DNA of 64,000 nucleotides from an uncultured Clostridia bacterium. Lineage in GTDB: Bacteria > Bacillota > Clostridia > TANB77 > CAG-508. Shown here in pieces: positions 21,893 to 32,163 of this stretch. How positions within the stretch are numbered: position 1 is the stretch's first letter; each line of letters begins with the position of its first letter. The DNA is taken from the NCBI GenBank assembly GCA_947630545.1, contig CANRHX010000004.1, forward strand, positions 7,091 to 71,090, written 5' to 3'. Below the pieces are notes generated by a model. It was not told the DNA's origin. It did not search any database and saw nothing but the letters and a program-made list of their open reading frames with translations. The position numbers and the translations under genes were made by a program.

Positions 21893-23257
21893 TTACTTCA
21901 ATTTTTCTTCTATTATTTTTGCCACTTCCTCAGCCTTTTCTTGAATATATGCTTGATTTTCTCCCTCAATCATAACTCTTACCAAAGGTTCTGTTCCAGA
22001 AGGTCTTATAAGAACTCTTCCATTGCCAGCAAATTCATTTTCTAGTTTTTCTATTGCAGATTTTATTTCTGGATCTTCCTTAAAATCATACTTTTTATCT
22101 GAATTAACTTTTGCATTAACAAGTACTTGAGGATATAGTTTTATTATTGATGCCATTTGAGATGCCTTTTTACCTTCTTCCAATATTGCTTTGATTAGCA
22201 TTAAAGAAGTTAAAATTCCATCACCTGTAGGGTTATAATCTAACAATATAACATGACCAGATTGCTCTCCACCCAAATTGTAACCATTTTTTAACATTTC
22301 TTCTAATACATATCTATCTCCTACTTTTGTCTGAACTAGATTTAGGTTATTGTTTTGTGTATATTTGTTTAATCCTAAATTACTCATAACAGTAGCAACT
22401 ATTGTATCTTTGTTTAATTTTCCTTGTTTTTTTAGAGAATGAGCGATTATTGCCATTATCATGTCTCCATCGATTTCATTACCATTCTCATCTACTGCTA
22501 AACATCTATCTCCGTCTCCATCAAAAGCAACTCCTAAGCTCATTTCGTTTTCTACTACAAATTTTTTAAGTCCTTCTAAATGTGTTGATCCACAATTATG
22601 GTTAATATTTATTCCGTCTGGATTATTATTAATTATTTTGTAGTTTATTCCTAAAGCTTTAAAAACTTTTTCAGCTACCTTATATGTAGCACCATTAGCT
22701 GTATCTAAAGCTACAGTAAAATCATCTTTTAAAACATTACCTATAACATCATCAAAGTTTTTTCTAAAGAAATATACATATTCATCTATTAAATCCAATG
22801 CATATTCTGATACACCAATTTTTTCATTAACAGCTGTAAGTTCGTCTAACTTGCCAGATTCCATTACTTCTTCTATTTCTTCTTCTAATTCGTCTGGAAT
22901 TTTCATACCTTTGTTACTAAAATATTTTATTCCATTAAATTCAAAAGTATTATGTGAAGCAGATATAACAACACTTGCATCTGCTTTTAATTTTCTTGTT
23001 AGATATGCAACACCTGGTGTTGGTATAACTCCAAGTAGTTTAACATTTGCACCATAACTTAAAAATCCTGCAACCATGGCACTTTCAATTAAAGTACCTG
23101 ATATTCTTGTATCTCTACCTATTAATATTGTAGGAGTACCTTCAGTATGTTTTGATAAAACATATGCTCCTGCTTTTGCTACTTTATAAACTAAAGATGG
23201 AGATAATTCTGTATTTGCTATTCTTCTTATTCCATCTGTCCCAAAATATTTACGCAT
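21893..23257 (-). CDS. glmM: Phosphoglucosamine mutase
   Basis: MRKYFGTDGIR, ISASHN, FDGDGDR, GGEQSGH and RPSGTEP motifs; start moved to ATG 23257. Confidence 0.95.
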   Translation of the reverse strand: MRKYFGTDGIRRIANTELSPSLVYKVAKAGAYVLSKHTEGTPTILIGRDTRISGTLIESAMVAGFLSYGANVKLLGVIPTPGVAYLTRKLKADASVVISASHNTFEFNGIKYFSNKGMKIPDELEEEIEEVMESGKLDELTAVNEKIGVSEYALDLIDEYVYFFRKNFDDVIGNVLKDDFTVALDTANGATYKVAEKVFKALGINYKIINNNPDGININHNCGSTHLEGLKKFVVENEMSLGVAFDGDGDRCLAVDENGNEIDGDMIMAIIAHSLKKQGKLNKDTIVATVMSNLGLNKYTQNNNLNLVQTKVGDRYVLEEMLKNGYNLGGEQSGHVILLDYNPTGDGILTSLMLIKAILEEGKKASQMASIIKLYPQVLVNAKVNSDKKYDFKEDPEIKSAIEKLENEFAGNGRVLIRPSGTEPLVRVMIEGENQAYIQEKAEEVAKIIEEKLK

Positions 23258-23261
23258 TATT

Positions 23262-24059
23262 TTATTCCTTCTTTCCAAAAAAATTAATATTCATAAGCAC
23301 TTTATCTTTAATTCCAAATTCTATTTTAGAAGGTGTTCTTATGTCTATCCTTTTGTTAGCCAATGCTAAGGCTGGATTTTTTGTTGTTAATTCATCTAAA
23401 TATTCTTCTCCTATTATATTTTTAATTTCCATTAAACATTCTGGAATTTTTGTATATATTGTGCCTTGCCTATGTACATCAGACCCTAAAAAATGTACTA
23501 AATTATTTTCAAACATTTTCTTAACCAAACTTTTAGCCTTATTTCCATATTGTCCTATTATGCTTCCATAATTTGATTGTAGTAAAACTCCCTTTTGAAC
23601 TAAATCATATATAAGTTCAGGTTCTTTTTGCATAAAAGAATATCTTTCCGGATGAGCTAAAACTGGAACTATTTTATATTGTAACATTTGATAGATTACA
23701 TCATATAGATTTAATGGTTCTGCATTAAGTGGTAATTCAAACAATACATAACTTGTGTTATTAATTGTTGAAGCTTTTGCATTTTCTAATAAATTTATAA
23801 TATGATCAGACATATAAATCTCGTTTCCAAGATATAATTTACCATCAAAGTTTTTAATAAATAAGTTTTTTGATATTGCGTCTAGCCATACTTCTCTTTC
23901 TGCAACATCTGTTTCATAATAGCCTTCCATATAATGTGGAGTTAGCACAATTTGATCAAACCCTGCTTTTCTTGCTTCTTCTATTAGATTAAATGTTTCT
24001 TCTATACTTCTTGAACCATCATCTATGTTTGGTAATATATGTGTATGAAAATCTATCAT
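23262..24059 (-). CDS. cpsB: CpsB/CapC PHP-family tyrosine phosphatase
   Basis: IDFHTHILP..DDG, TPHY, AHPERY and GSDVH motifs. Confidence 0.92.
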   Translation of the reverse strand: MIDFHTHILPNIDDGSRSIEETFNLIEEARKAGFDQIVLTPHYMEGYYETDVAEREVWLDAISKNLFIKNFDGKLYLGNEIYMSDHIINLLENAKASTINNTSYVLFELPLNAEPLNLYDVIYQMLQYKIVPVLAHPERYSFMQKEPELIYDLVQKGVLLQSNYGSIIGQYGNKAKSLVKKMFENNLVHFLGSDVHRQGTIYTKIPECLMEIKNIIGEEYLDELTTKNPALALANKRIDIRTPSKIEFGIKDKVLMNINFFGKKE

Positions 24060-25354
24060 TTTTCAGTACTTCCTCTCTTTTGCTTGTTTTTTTCAGATTT
24101 TATATATGAATTTACTATATTTATTATTTCTTGTGCTTTTTCTTCTGATATATTTTTAGCAGATTCTGCTCTTTCTATCATCTCTGCTTGATTTATTTCT
24201 TGTTCTTGTGAATTTATCTCTTGCTCATTTGCTTCTTGTTGATTTATTTCTTGCTGATTTATTTCTTGCTCATTTACTTCTTGTTGATTTTGTTCTTGAG
24301 CATTTATTTCTTGCTCATTTATTTCTTGTAAATTTTGTTCTTGCCAATTTACTTCTTGTGGGTTTTGTGCTTGTTCATCTGACACTTGAACAATTTCTCT
24401 TTCTGGTTCTTCTACATTTTCACTTATTACTTGAACAGTTTCTTGACTTTCTTGATAAATTTTTTCTGAATTATCCTCATTTATAATGTTTTTAATTTCT
24501 TCTAAAATTTCATTGTCTTTTTCTGTATCATTCTCAAAATACTTTTCTTCACTATTTAATAATTCATCTTCTTCATCTTGAGTAAATTGTGATAAATTTG
24601 TAACAATATTATCTACTTTTCTTCTATTTTTTGAATGTGTAGTCATACTATTCCCGGAAATTGATCCATAGTAATATGATTGATTAAACTTCTTTGCAGA
24701 TACATCAACTTTATTAACTACTACTCCTGCAATCTTTCCGCCAACATTTTTAATATTTTTTACTATTCTTGTTAAACTATCTTTTTTAGTTTCTTTTTGA
24801 GCTGTAACAATTATAGTAGAATCTACTATTCTAGATAATATAATTGAATCTGTTACTAAGTCACATGGTGTACCATCAATAATTACTAAATCACACATCT
24901 CCTTTAATTCATTTAATAAATGTCTCATTTCAGATGAAACTAATAATTCTGATGGATTAGGTGGAACATTTCCAGCTACCAAAATGTGCAAATTTTCTAC
25001 ATCTGTTTCTTGTATATATTGTGCAATGTTTATATCTGTTGTCTCATTATTTTCTGCATCCATATTTGAAAGATAATTTGAAAGTCCCGGTTTTGGTAAT
25101 ACACCAAATATATTATATTGCCTTCCTTTTCTCATGTCTGCATCAACAAGAATTACTCTTTTTCCTGCTTGTGCGAAAGTTACTGCCAAATTTGATGCAG
25201 TCCAACTTTTCCCTTCTCCCGGGAATGTTGAAGTTACTAATAAGGTTTTTAATTTTTTATTTGTGTTCATAAATTGTATATTTGTTCTTAATGTTCTAAA
25301 AACTTCTGAAACTGGAGATTTTGGATCTTTATATGTTAATAGTTCCTTTCTCAT
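24056..25354 (-). CDS. cpsD: CpsD/CapB BY-kinase with long acidic repetitive C-terminal extension
   Basis: SEVFRTLRTN, Walker A PGEGKS, DADMR, PPNPSELL and Tyr cluster SYYYG. Confidence 0.9.
   Translation of the reverse strand: MRKELLTYKDPKSPVSEVFRTLRTNIQFMNTNKKLKTLLVTSTFPGEGKSWTASNLAVTFAQAGKRVILVDADMRKGRQYNIFGVLPKPGLSNYLSNMDAENNETTDINIAQYIQETDVENLHILVAGNVPPNPSELLVSSEMRHLLNELKEMCDLVIIDGTPCDLVTDSIILSRIVDSTIIVTAQKETKKDSLTRIVKNIKNVGGKIAGVVVNKVDVSAKKFNQSYYYGSISGNSMTTHSKNRRKVDNIVTNLSQFTQDEEDELLNSEEKYFENDTEKDNEILEEIKNIINEDNSEKIYQESQETVQVISENVEEPEREIVQVSDEQAQNPQEVNWQEQNLQEINEQEINAQEQNQQEVNEQEINQQEINQQEANEQEINSQEQEINQAEMIERAESAKNISEEKAQEIINIVNSYIKSEKNKQKRGSTEK
24185..24370 (-). repeat. Imperfect 15-bp coding tandem repeat (QE[I/V]N[E/Q] pentapeptides)
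   Basis: QEVNWQEQNLQEINEQEINAQEQNQQEVNEQEINQQEINQQEANEQEINSQEQEINQ. Confidence 0.85.
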
Positions 25355-26070
25355 TTTCTTCTTTTACCTCCCCTTTCATTTTTTCCTTCGAAATCATATA
25401 TTGGTATAGATGCTAAAACTGGTATTCCTAACAAGTTTTCTACATCTTCTGCAGATTTTATAGTTGTATCTAGCATATTTAATAATAATACATAAACTAC
25501 TGAAACTACTATTCCAATTAATGTAAATATTATAACATCTCTAATATGGCTAATATTTGATGGTGTAGATGATACCTCTGCTTCATCTACAATATGAACA
25601 TTATTTAATTTATATATTTCTTCTACATTACTTATAAATACTTTTGCTATTTCGTTTGCAACCTTTGCAGCTACAGCCGGGTCATCATCTGTAACTGTAA
25701 TTTTAATCATTTCTGTATCTTTAACGGAACTTACTTCTACATTATTTCTTAATTTTTCTTCATCTATTTTTATACCCAAATTTGATATAACTTTTCTTAA
25801 AACTTTTTTACTTTTTACTAATTCACTATATGTAGAAACAAGTTGAGAATTTATTGTTATATCAGATGTTGTTAATGTTGTTTCTGATGACTTTGATTTT
25901 TGATCTTCTATTCTTGCTAATACTAGTGTTGTAGATGATGTATATACTGGTGATACGAAACCAAATGTATAAATTACTCCTATAACCATAAAAATGGCTA
26001 CTATTAATATTATTTGGACTTTATTTTTCCAAAATAAATTAAAAATTTCTTTTAAATCTAACTCTTCCAT
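25351..26070 (-). CDS. cpsC: CpsC/CapA (Wzz-like) chain-length regulator
   Basis: MEELDLKEI, PVYTSSTTLV, two TM segments, LDTTIKSAEDVE..LGIPVL. Confidence 0.9.
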   Translation of the reverse strand: MEELDLKEIFNLFWKNKVQIILIVAIFMVIGVIYTFGFVSPVYTSSTTLVLARIEDQKSKSSETTLTTSDITINSQLVSTYSELVKSKKVLRKVISNLGIKIDEEKLRNNVEVSSVKDTEMIKITVTDDDPAVAAKVANEIAKVFISNVEEIYKLNNVHIVDEAEVSSTPSNISHIRDVIIFTLIGIVVSVVYVLLLNMLDTTIKSAEDVENLLGIPVLASIPIYDFEGKNERGGKRRK

Positions 26071-26111
26071 TTTTCCTCCTTGGCATTTTTTAAACTTTTT
26101 ATAGTATATAT

Positions 26112-26993
26112 TTAATCATTAGAATTTTCAAGTTTTTTGTCAAAATTTGTTTTATTTTTTTGATTATATTTAGTTATATTGTGTAATAGATTTGGTATAA
26201 TAATTAAAACTATTCCCGGTATTATTAAATAAATTCCATAATTTTGTACATTATCTAATATTGACTGCAAAATTTCTCTTAATGTAAAAGAGAAAGCATC
26301 ATTCAATATGGTAATAGTTTGAATGTTTACTTTGCTATTTATATATACATTGACTATTGTAAAAAATAGCCCTGATGAAAATAGAGCAATTCCTAAAAAT
26401 GCAAAAAATTTATATAGTCTATGTGTACTAACTATAATTAAAGCTAATAATGATATACCAATGATTATTAAAGATGCTTTATTTGCTAAATTTACAACAT
26501 TGTTAACTTTTTCATACACGCTGTAAATTGATTTTTCAAATCCAAAATGTGCTATTCCTATTCTATATTCATTACAAATGTCATCAATAAACCTATCTAT
26601 GGATTTTTGTTGTTCTGATGTTATAAGCATTCCTTTGGTTTGCTTTTTTATATTAGCAGACAACTTATTCTTTATTTCTTCTGTTGATACTTCTTCATTT
26701 ATATCATGATATAAATTTGTAATTATGTTTTGTGTATCTTTCTCTACTTGTTCTTGTGTTATAATATCATTTAAAACTTCTTCTTCTAAACCTGATTGTT
26801 GTATGTAGTTTTTAAAGTTTTCTTTTATTTGTCCATATATTTTTACATAATAGGCTGTTTCATCTAATTTTCCTAATACGAAATTTTTATTTAATAAAGT
26901 TGATGTTGCTATATTTACTAAAACTAATACTATAATTGCTAATGTTAAAATAATAGTTAATATGTATCTTAAAATTGTTTTTACTTTACTCAC
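26112..26993 (-). CDS. Hypothetical membrane protein (4 TM, large first loop)
   Basis: GGAG RBS with GTG start; hydrophobicity pattern. Confidence 0.7.
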   Translation of the reverse strand: MSKVKTILRYILTIILTLAIIVLVLVNIATSTLLNKNFVLGKLDETAYYVKIYGQIKENFKNYIQQSGLEEEVLNDIITQEQVEKDTQNIITNLYHDINEEVSTEEIKNKLSANIKKQTKGMLITSEQQKSIDRFIDDICNEYRIGIAHFGFEKSIYSVYEKVNNVVNLANKASLIIIGISLLALIIVSTHRLYKFFAFLGIALFSSGLFFTIVNVYINSKVNIQTITILNDAFSFTLREILQSILDNVQNYGIYLIIPGIVLIIIPNLLHNITKYNQKNKTNFDKKLENSND

Positions 26994-27006
26994 GTTTTTT
27001 CTCCTT

Positions 27007-27636
27007 TTATTCTTCTAATTTTGCAAATACCACATACCTTTGTGTTGCATGCCCTATATTTACAAATGGATAACATGTATATACCATTAATATTTCTTCA
27101 TCTTTTTGGATTGGTAATTTATCCCCTTCTGTCTCTTTTATAAGTTTCATATCATATATTTTATATTTATATTTTCCATAGGTTGTTTTTACTATTATTT
27201 CATTTCCAATTTGTAATTCTGAAAATCTTCTAAATACATTTTTGCTATTATGCCCCATATATATTATAGAGCCACCTTCTCCTGGGAAATAACTTCCACT
27301 ATCATGACCAACTCCCTTTTTTAAAATTTCTAATGTATCTCCAAAATAAACTGGTAAATTGACATCAATTTTAGGAATTTCTATTGTGGCATATTTTGTT
27401 CCATATTGTGGGTAATTTTGTATTAATTTTTTTTCTTTATCTATTGTTGTTTCTTTAACTTCTTTTTTCTTACTAGAATCTATAGATACTGTATCAGCTA
27501 ATAATATTGCATTTTCTATTTGTGCCCCTGCAAATAGTTTTATGCATAATAGAATTCCGCCAGTAATAAATAAAGCAACTATTATGCTGATAATAGTTGC
27601 TTTTATTGTTTTTCCTATAATTTTAGGCATTAGCAA
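27007..27636 (-). CDS. Sortase (class D-like)
   Basis: N-terminal TM; GVGH, YMGHN, LMVYTCYPF and catalytic R in QRYVV. Confidence 0.9.
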   Translation of the reverse strand: MLMPKIIGKTIKATIISIIVALFITGGILLCIKLFAGAQIENAILLADTVSIDSSKKKEVKETTIDKEKKLIQNYPQYGTKYATIEIPKIDVNLPVYFGDTLEILKKGVGHDSGSYFPGEGGSIIYMGHNSKNVFRRFSELQIGNEIIVKTTYGKYKYKIYDMKLIKETEGDKLPIQKDEEILMVYTCYPFVNIGHATQRYVVFAKLEE

Positions 27637-28141
27637 ATTTCTTTCTTAATAATAATCCTGCAGTTAGGGCTACTACTGCGATTGAAGAAACAACTAAAGC
27701 TCCATTTATTTCGTTACCTGTGTTTGGCATTTCATCACTGAAATCTAATACTTCTTCTGTAACTCCATCATGCATAATTGTTGCTACTGCTCCATTCCAT
27801 ACAACTTTTACGTCTAATATTGCTGCAGCTTCTGTACCTAATTGTTGAACTTTCTTTAAGTCTGCTTCAGATAAATCTTTTGCATCTGTTACTCCAGCTT
27901 TTTCAAATATTTTTACTACTGCATCAACTTTTGCCATTACTTGATCTGCTTGTTCATCTGTTACAGGGTATTTGTCAATATATCTTTGCATTTTAACTCT
28001 TTCACTTTCTGTTACTCCATATTTTGCACCCTTTTTGTATATTAAATCTGGTAATTCAGCTCCTGTTGTTGCATTTACCATTGTTGTAGCAAATAAAGCT
28101 ACGATAACGAATATTAGTGTTGCTAATAATGTTTTTTTCAT
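27623..28141 (-). CDS. Cell-wall-anchored protein (sortase substrate)
   Basis: Signal peptide MKKTLLATLIFVIVALFATTMVNA after GGGAGG; C-terminal MPNTG, TM segment and RKK tail. Confidence 0.85.
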   Translation of the reverse strand: MKKTLLATLIFVIVALFATTMVNATTGAELPDLIYKKGAKYGVTESERVKMQRYIDKYPVTDEQADQVMAKVDAVVKIFEKAGVTDAKDLSEADLKKVQQLGTEAAAILDVKVVWNGAVATIMHDGVTEEVLDFSDEMPNTGNEINGALVVSSIAVVALTAGLLLRKKFANA

Positions 28142-28299
28142 TTTTAAATTCCTCCCTTTGTTTAAATTCAATTTATTATAACATTTAAATTTTTTATATG
28201 CAATAGTTTTTTATAAAAAATTTTTATATTTTTATAAAATTTTTATGATTTAAAAACTATAGTAGTGTTATTTTTTATATTATAAAAATTTCTTTTATA

Positions 28300-29064
28300 T
28301 TATTGCATTATAGCATCCTGTTTCTTCAATTCCTTTATTTCTTCATGTATTGTACCTTTACCAGCATCAACACCTTTATGACCAAAAATAGTTGCAATTG
28401 TCAAAACAATTATCTTTAAATCCATAAATAAAGATGCTTTATTTATGTACTCTAAATCATAATTAATTTTATCAAAAATCGAAATAGTATTTCTTCCTTT
28501 TACTTGAGCATATCCACTTATTCCAGGTCTCATATCGCATCTATGTCTTTGTTCAGTATTCATATTTTCGTAGTATTCAGGAATCCATGGTCTAGGTCCT
28601 ATAAAACTCATATCTCCTTTAAGAATATTAACAATTTGCAACAATTCATCAAGACTAAATTTTCTTATTATTTTACCAACTTTTGTAAATTGATCTTCCG
28701 TTGTATTATCCATAACATCATTTTTTATAGTCATACTTCTGAATTTATATAGTTTAAAATTTTTTCCATTTTTTCCAGTTCTTAATTGTTTAAAAATAAT
28801 TGAATCAAAGTCCCCTGTTACAATATATGAAATTTTAATAAAAATAGCTAATATGCAAACAAATACAATACCTATTAATGATAAAACGATATCAAAAAAT
28901 CTTTTTAAAAATAGATATATCCATTTTTTTATTTTATGTACCTCTAAATTTTTAATATGTTTTGATTTCTCTAGAGGAACTATATATTTATTGTCTTCAG
29001 TTGATATATATGTAATATCCACATTAGTAGGTATGTATGTAAATTCTCTCTCTCTAATTTTCAC
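28300..29064 (-). CDS. Priming sugar transferase (undecaprenyl-phosphate phosphoglycosyltransferase)
   Basis: KRFFDIV, FKLYKFRSM, SLDELLQ, GDMSFIGPRP and RPGISGYAQ motifs. Confidence 0.92.
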   Translation of the reverse strand: MKIREREFTYIPTNVDITYISTEDNKYIVPLEKSKHIKNLEVHKIKKWIYLFLKRFFDIVLSLIGIVFVCILAIFIKISYIVTGDFDSIIFKQLRTGKNGKNFKLYKFRSMTIKNDVMDNTTEDQFTKVGKIIRKFSLDELLQIVNILKGDMSFIGPRPWIPEYYENMNTEQRHRCDMRPGISGYAQVKGRNTISIFDKINYDLEYINKASLFMDLKIIVLTIATIFGHKGVDAGKGTIHEEIKELKKQDAIMQ

Positions 29065-29194
29065 TAATGTTCACCTCTAACACATTTTATTTTTACATTC
29101 AATTTATTTTAACATAAATAATGTTACTATGCAACCCCAAAGACACATTTTTCGTCAAAAAAATTATAGCTTTTACCCAAAGCTATAATTTTTT

Positions 29195-29434
29195 TTACAT
29201 CTTCCAAACACATTCCGTCTCTATATTATTTAAAACTGATACTTGATGACTTTTATTTACATTTTCTAATTTATCCCATACATACCATACTGTAACTCCT
29301 ATAATAGAAAACAATATCAATAATAAAATTATTACAATAATTATAAAAGCCTTAGATCCTTTCTTCTCTTTTTTCTCCTTCTTCTCTTTCTTTTTTTCTT
29401 TCTTTTCTTTCCTTTTCTCTTCCTCTTCCTTCAT
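29195..29434 (-). CDS. Small membrane protein with Lys/Glu-rich N-terminus
   Basis: GGAGGAG RBS; KE-rich head followed by a TM segment; terminator 29158-29195 follows. Confidence 0.6.
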   Translation of the reverse strand: MKEEEEKRKEKKEKKKEKKEKKEKKGSKAFIIIVIILLLILFSIIGVTVWYVWDKLENVNKSHQVSVLNNIETECVWKM

Positions 29435-29933
29435 TTGCTCCTCCTATAATACTATATTTATCACTTTTTTTAATTATTTTATAAAATAATTTCAAAATAC
29501 CAAGGCAAATACATATACCGGTTAATACTCCACAAGTATCTATTAAAACATCTCTAAATTCTCCACTTCTTCCATCTACAAACAACTGATGAATTTCATC
29601 AGAACATGCATAAATAAATCCTATAAGTAAACATCCATAAATTCTACTTTTTAAATCAAAATTATATGTACTAGCCAGAGCCATAAGTAAAATTCCCACT
29701 ACTGTATAAATAGAAAAATGTGCTATTTTTCTTATTATTGGTTCAATGTTACTTATAAGTTGCATCTTGGTCTCATTACTTTCGTTGCTATTAAATATAT
29801 TTACTATACTTTCAGAAACTTTTTCGCTTATTCCACTAGATTCTGTGGCATTTTGGTTAGAAAAGCCAAAAATTAAAAAGAAAGTTCCAAAGAGCAATAT
29901 TATTAAAATGCCTCGTAATATATTTATTTTCAT
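29352..29933 (-). CDS. VanZ-family membrane protein
   Basis: IRKIAHFSIY and YACSDEIHQLFVDGRSGEFRDVLID motifs. Confidence 0.88.
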   Translation of the reverse strand: MKINILRGILIILLFGTFFLIFGFSNQNATESSGISEKVSESIVNIFNSNESNETKMQLISNIEPIIRKIAHFSIYTVVGILLMALASTYNFDLKSRIYGCLLIGFIYACSDEIHQLFVDGRSGEFRDVLIDTCGVLTGICICLGILKLFYKIIKKSDKYSIIGGANEGRGREKERKERKKEREEGEKREERI

Positions 29934-29978
29934 TTAAAAATTTCTCCTCTTTTTCAATGGTTGATAATTGTTTAATAA

Positions 29979-31688
29979 CTACATTTTGTCTGGCATTTGC
30001 ATACCCAAAAGTTCAGCTCCTTGCTTCAAAGTTTTATTAACACAATAGGTTAAATAAACTCTTGCATTTTGAATTTCTGCGTTGTCTCCAATAATTTTGT
30101 TTTCATTGTAAAATACGCTAAATGCTTTTGCCAAATCTATTAAATATTTTGCTAAAATAGATGGTTCTTCTTTTAATGTTACTTGAATTAATGTATCTTC
30201 AAAATTGTATAATAATTTTATAATATTTTTAGAATAGTTATCGTCTAATTTTTCTACATATGATTCATCAAATTCTGGTACTTTTTCTATTTTTGATAGA
30301 ATACTATTTGTTCTAACATATGTATATTGAATGTATGGTCCTGTTTCTCCTTGAAAATTTAGCATTTGCGTAATATCAAATATTTCGTCTTTTACTCTAC
30401 TTGTTGCTAAATTATTAAATATTACAGCACCAACTCCAACTCTTTTAGCTACTTCATCTTTATCTTCTAAATCTGGATTTTTTTCTTCTATAATTTTCTT
30501 AGCTTCCTCGATTGTATCATTTAATAAGTCTTTTATTTTTACAAAATTGCCTTTTCTTGTAGACATTTTTCCAGAAGGAAGTCTAACCATACCATATGAT
30601 ACATGTTCTAAACCTTTAGTATATTTTTCGTCTAATCCAAGTAATTTTGCTACTTCAAATATTTGTTTAAAATGTAGATTTTGTTCATATGATGTTACAT
30701 ATAAACTTTTATCATAATTATATGTTCTAGCTCTATAAAGTATTGCTGCTAAATCTCTTGTTGCATATATTGTAGAACCATTAGATTTGCAAACAATACA
30801 TGGTGTACTAATTCCTTGCTCACTTAAGTCTACTATTCTTGCTCCTTCTGATTCTATAAGTTTGCCTGTTTTTTCTAGTATTTCTATTACTTCATCTGTT
30901 TTATCTGCATAAAAGGCTTCTCCATTCCATGAATCAAAATGGCTTCCTAGTAAATCATATATTTTTTGAAATTCTGTTAAAGATAAATCTTTAAATTCTT
31001 TCCAAAGTTTAGTACAGTATTCATCTCCATTTTCAAGTAGTCTAAAGTTTTCCCTACATGCGTTTAGAACTTCCTCATCTTCACTTGCTAAATCGTTTAT
31101 CCTTTTATAGATTTCTGCTAATTTATCAATAGGTTCTTGAGTTAAATCATATTCGTTTCCCCATCTTTTATATCCTTCTATTAACTTACCAAACTGTGTT
31201 CCATAATCTCCTAGATAGTTTATTCCTATAACATTGTACCCTAAATGCTTGTATATATTGTATAATGCTCCTCCAATTACTGTTGTTTTTAAATGCCCTA
31301 TGTGGAATGGTTTTGCAATGTTTGGTGCAGAGTAGTCTATAAGTATTGTTTTTCCTTCTCCTATATTAGATTTACCAAATGTTTCTTGCTCTGATATTTT
31401 TTTTAATACTTCTTTAGAAAAGTTGTTTTGATTTATGTAGAAGTTTAGGTATCCACCTACACAATTTATGTTTTCTATTGATGAATTATTTACTTCTATT
31501 TTTTCTGCTATTTCTTGCGCTATTATTACTGGTGGTTTTTTTAAGGTTTTTGCAAGATTAAAACATGGGAATGAATAATCCCCATTTTTTGTATCTTTAG
31601 GTATTTCTATGTATTTTTCTATTTCTTCTTGGTCTATATTTGTTGCTTTTGATATTTTTTTTGCAATTTCTTCTTTAAAATTTATCAT
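29979..31688 (-). CDS. argS: Arginine--tRNA ligase
   Basis: DYSAPNIAKPFHIGH (HIGH), KMSTRKG and GETGPYIQYTYVR motifs. Confidence 0.96.
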   Translation of the reverse strand: MINFKEEIAKKISKATNIDQEEIEKYIEIPKDTKNGDYSFPCFNLAKTLKKPPVIIAQEIAEKIEVNNSSIENINCVGGYLNFYINQNNFSKEVLKKISEQETFGKSNIGEGKTILIDYSAPNIAKPFHIGHLKTTVIGGALYNIYKHLGYNVIGINYLGDYGTQFGKLIEGYKRWGNEYDLTQEPIDKLAEIYKRINDLASEDEEVLNACRENFRLLENGDEYCTKLWKEFKDLSLTEFQKIYDLLGSHFDSWNGEAFYADKTDEVIEILEKTGKLIESEGARIVDLSEQGISTPCIVCKSNGSTIYATRDLAAILYRARTYNYDKSLYVTSYEQNLHFKQIFEVAKLLGLDEKYTKGLEHVSYGMVRLPSGKMSTRKGNFVKIKDLLNDTIEEAKKIIEEKNPDLEDKDEVAKRVGVGAVIFNNLATSRVKDEIFDITQMLNFQGETGPYIQYTYVRTNSILSKIEKVPEFDESYVEKLDDNYSKNIIKLLYNFEDTLIQVTLKEEPSILAKYLIDLAKAFSVFYNENKIIGDNAEIQNARVYLTYCVNKTLKQGAELLGMQMPDKM

Positions 31689-31764
31689 TTTTTCTTGTAC
31701 GATATATTTAATGGATTAAATATATTATACTCTCCTTTCTACTTTTTATTTAGTATTTTAATCA

Positions 31765-32154
31765 TTAATATTCTCCTCGTTTTATTTTCTCTATAATATC
31801 TTTCCTACTCTCGTTTAAATCTAAATATTCTCTATACATATCTAATTTATATAAATCAAATTTAAATTCATCTTCACAATATATGTTTTTACCACTTATA
31901 AGAATTTCATATCTAAATCCATCCCCTATGTTTTGCAAGTCTACAAGGTCTATATCTGTTTTTATTGCATCTTCAATAATTTGAGATAAATAGAATAATT
32001 CTTTTTTGCTAACCGCCTTTTTTGGCTTTATTGCAATGTCAATATCACTTTCATTGTTTTGTGTCCCTCTTGCATAACTCCCAAATAGAACAATTGCTTC
32101 ACAATCTATTTTTTCTAATATTATTTTTTTTATAGTTTGTAATTTCTCTTCCAT
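31765..32154 (-). CDS. Minimal nucleotidyltransferase (MntA-like), with no HEPN partner
   Basis: VLFGSYARG...SDIDIA and DIDLVDL motifs. Confidence 0.8.
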   Translation of the reverse strand: MEEKLQTIKKIILEKIDCEAIVLFGSYARGTQNNESDIDIAIKPKKAVSKKELFYLSQIIEDAIKTDIDLVDLQNIGDGFRYEILISGKNIYCEDEFKFDLYKLDMYREYLDLNESRKDIIEKIKRGEY

Positions 32155-32163
32155 ATAAACCCC

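Noticed and set aside
29352..29434. 83-nt overlap of the VanZ-family gene with the next ORF as a dual-coding system
   Set aside because: The purine-rich low-complexity tract lacks stops, so simple run-on after stop-codon loss explains it
29979..31688. argS location as evidence for altered Arg decoding
   Set aside because: It looks like an ordinary ArgRS, and its presence in the window is probably coincidental
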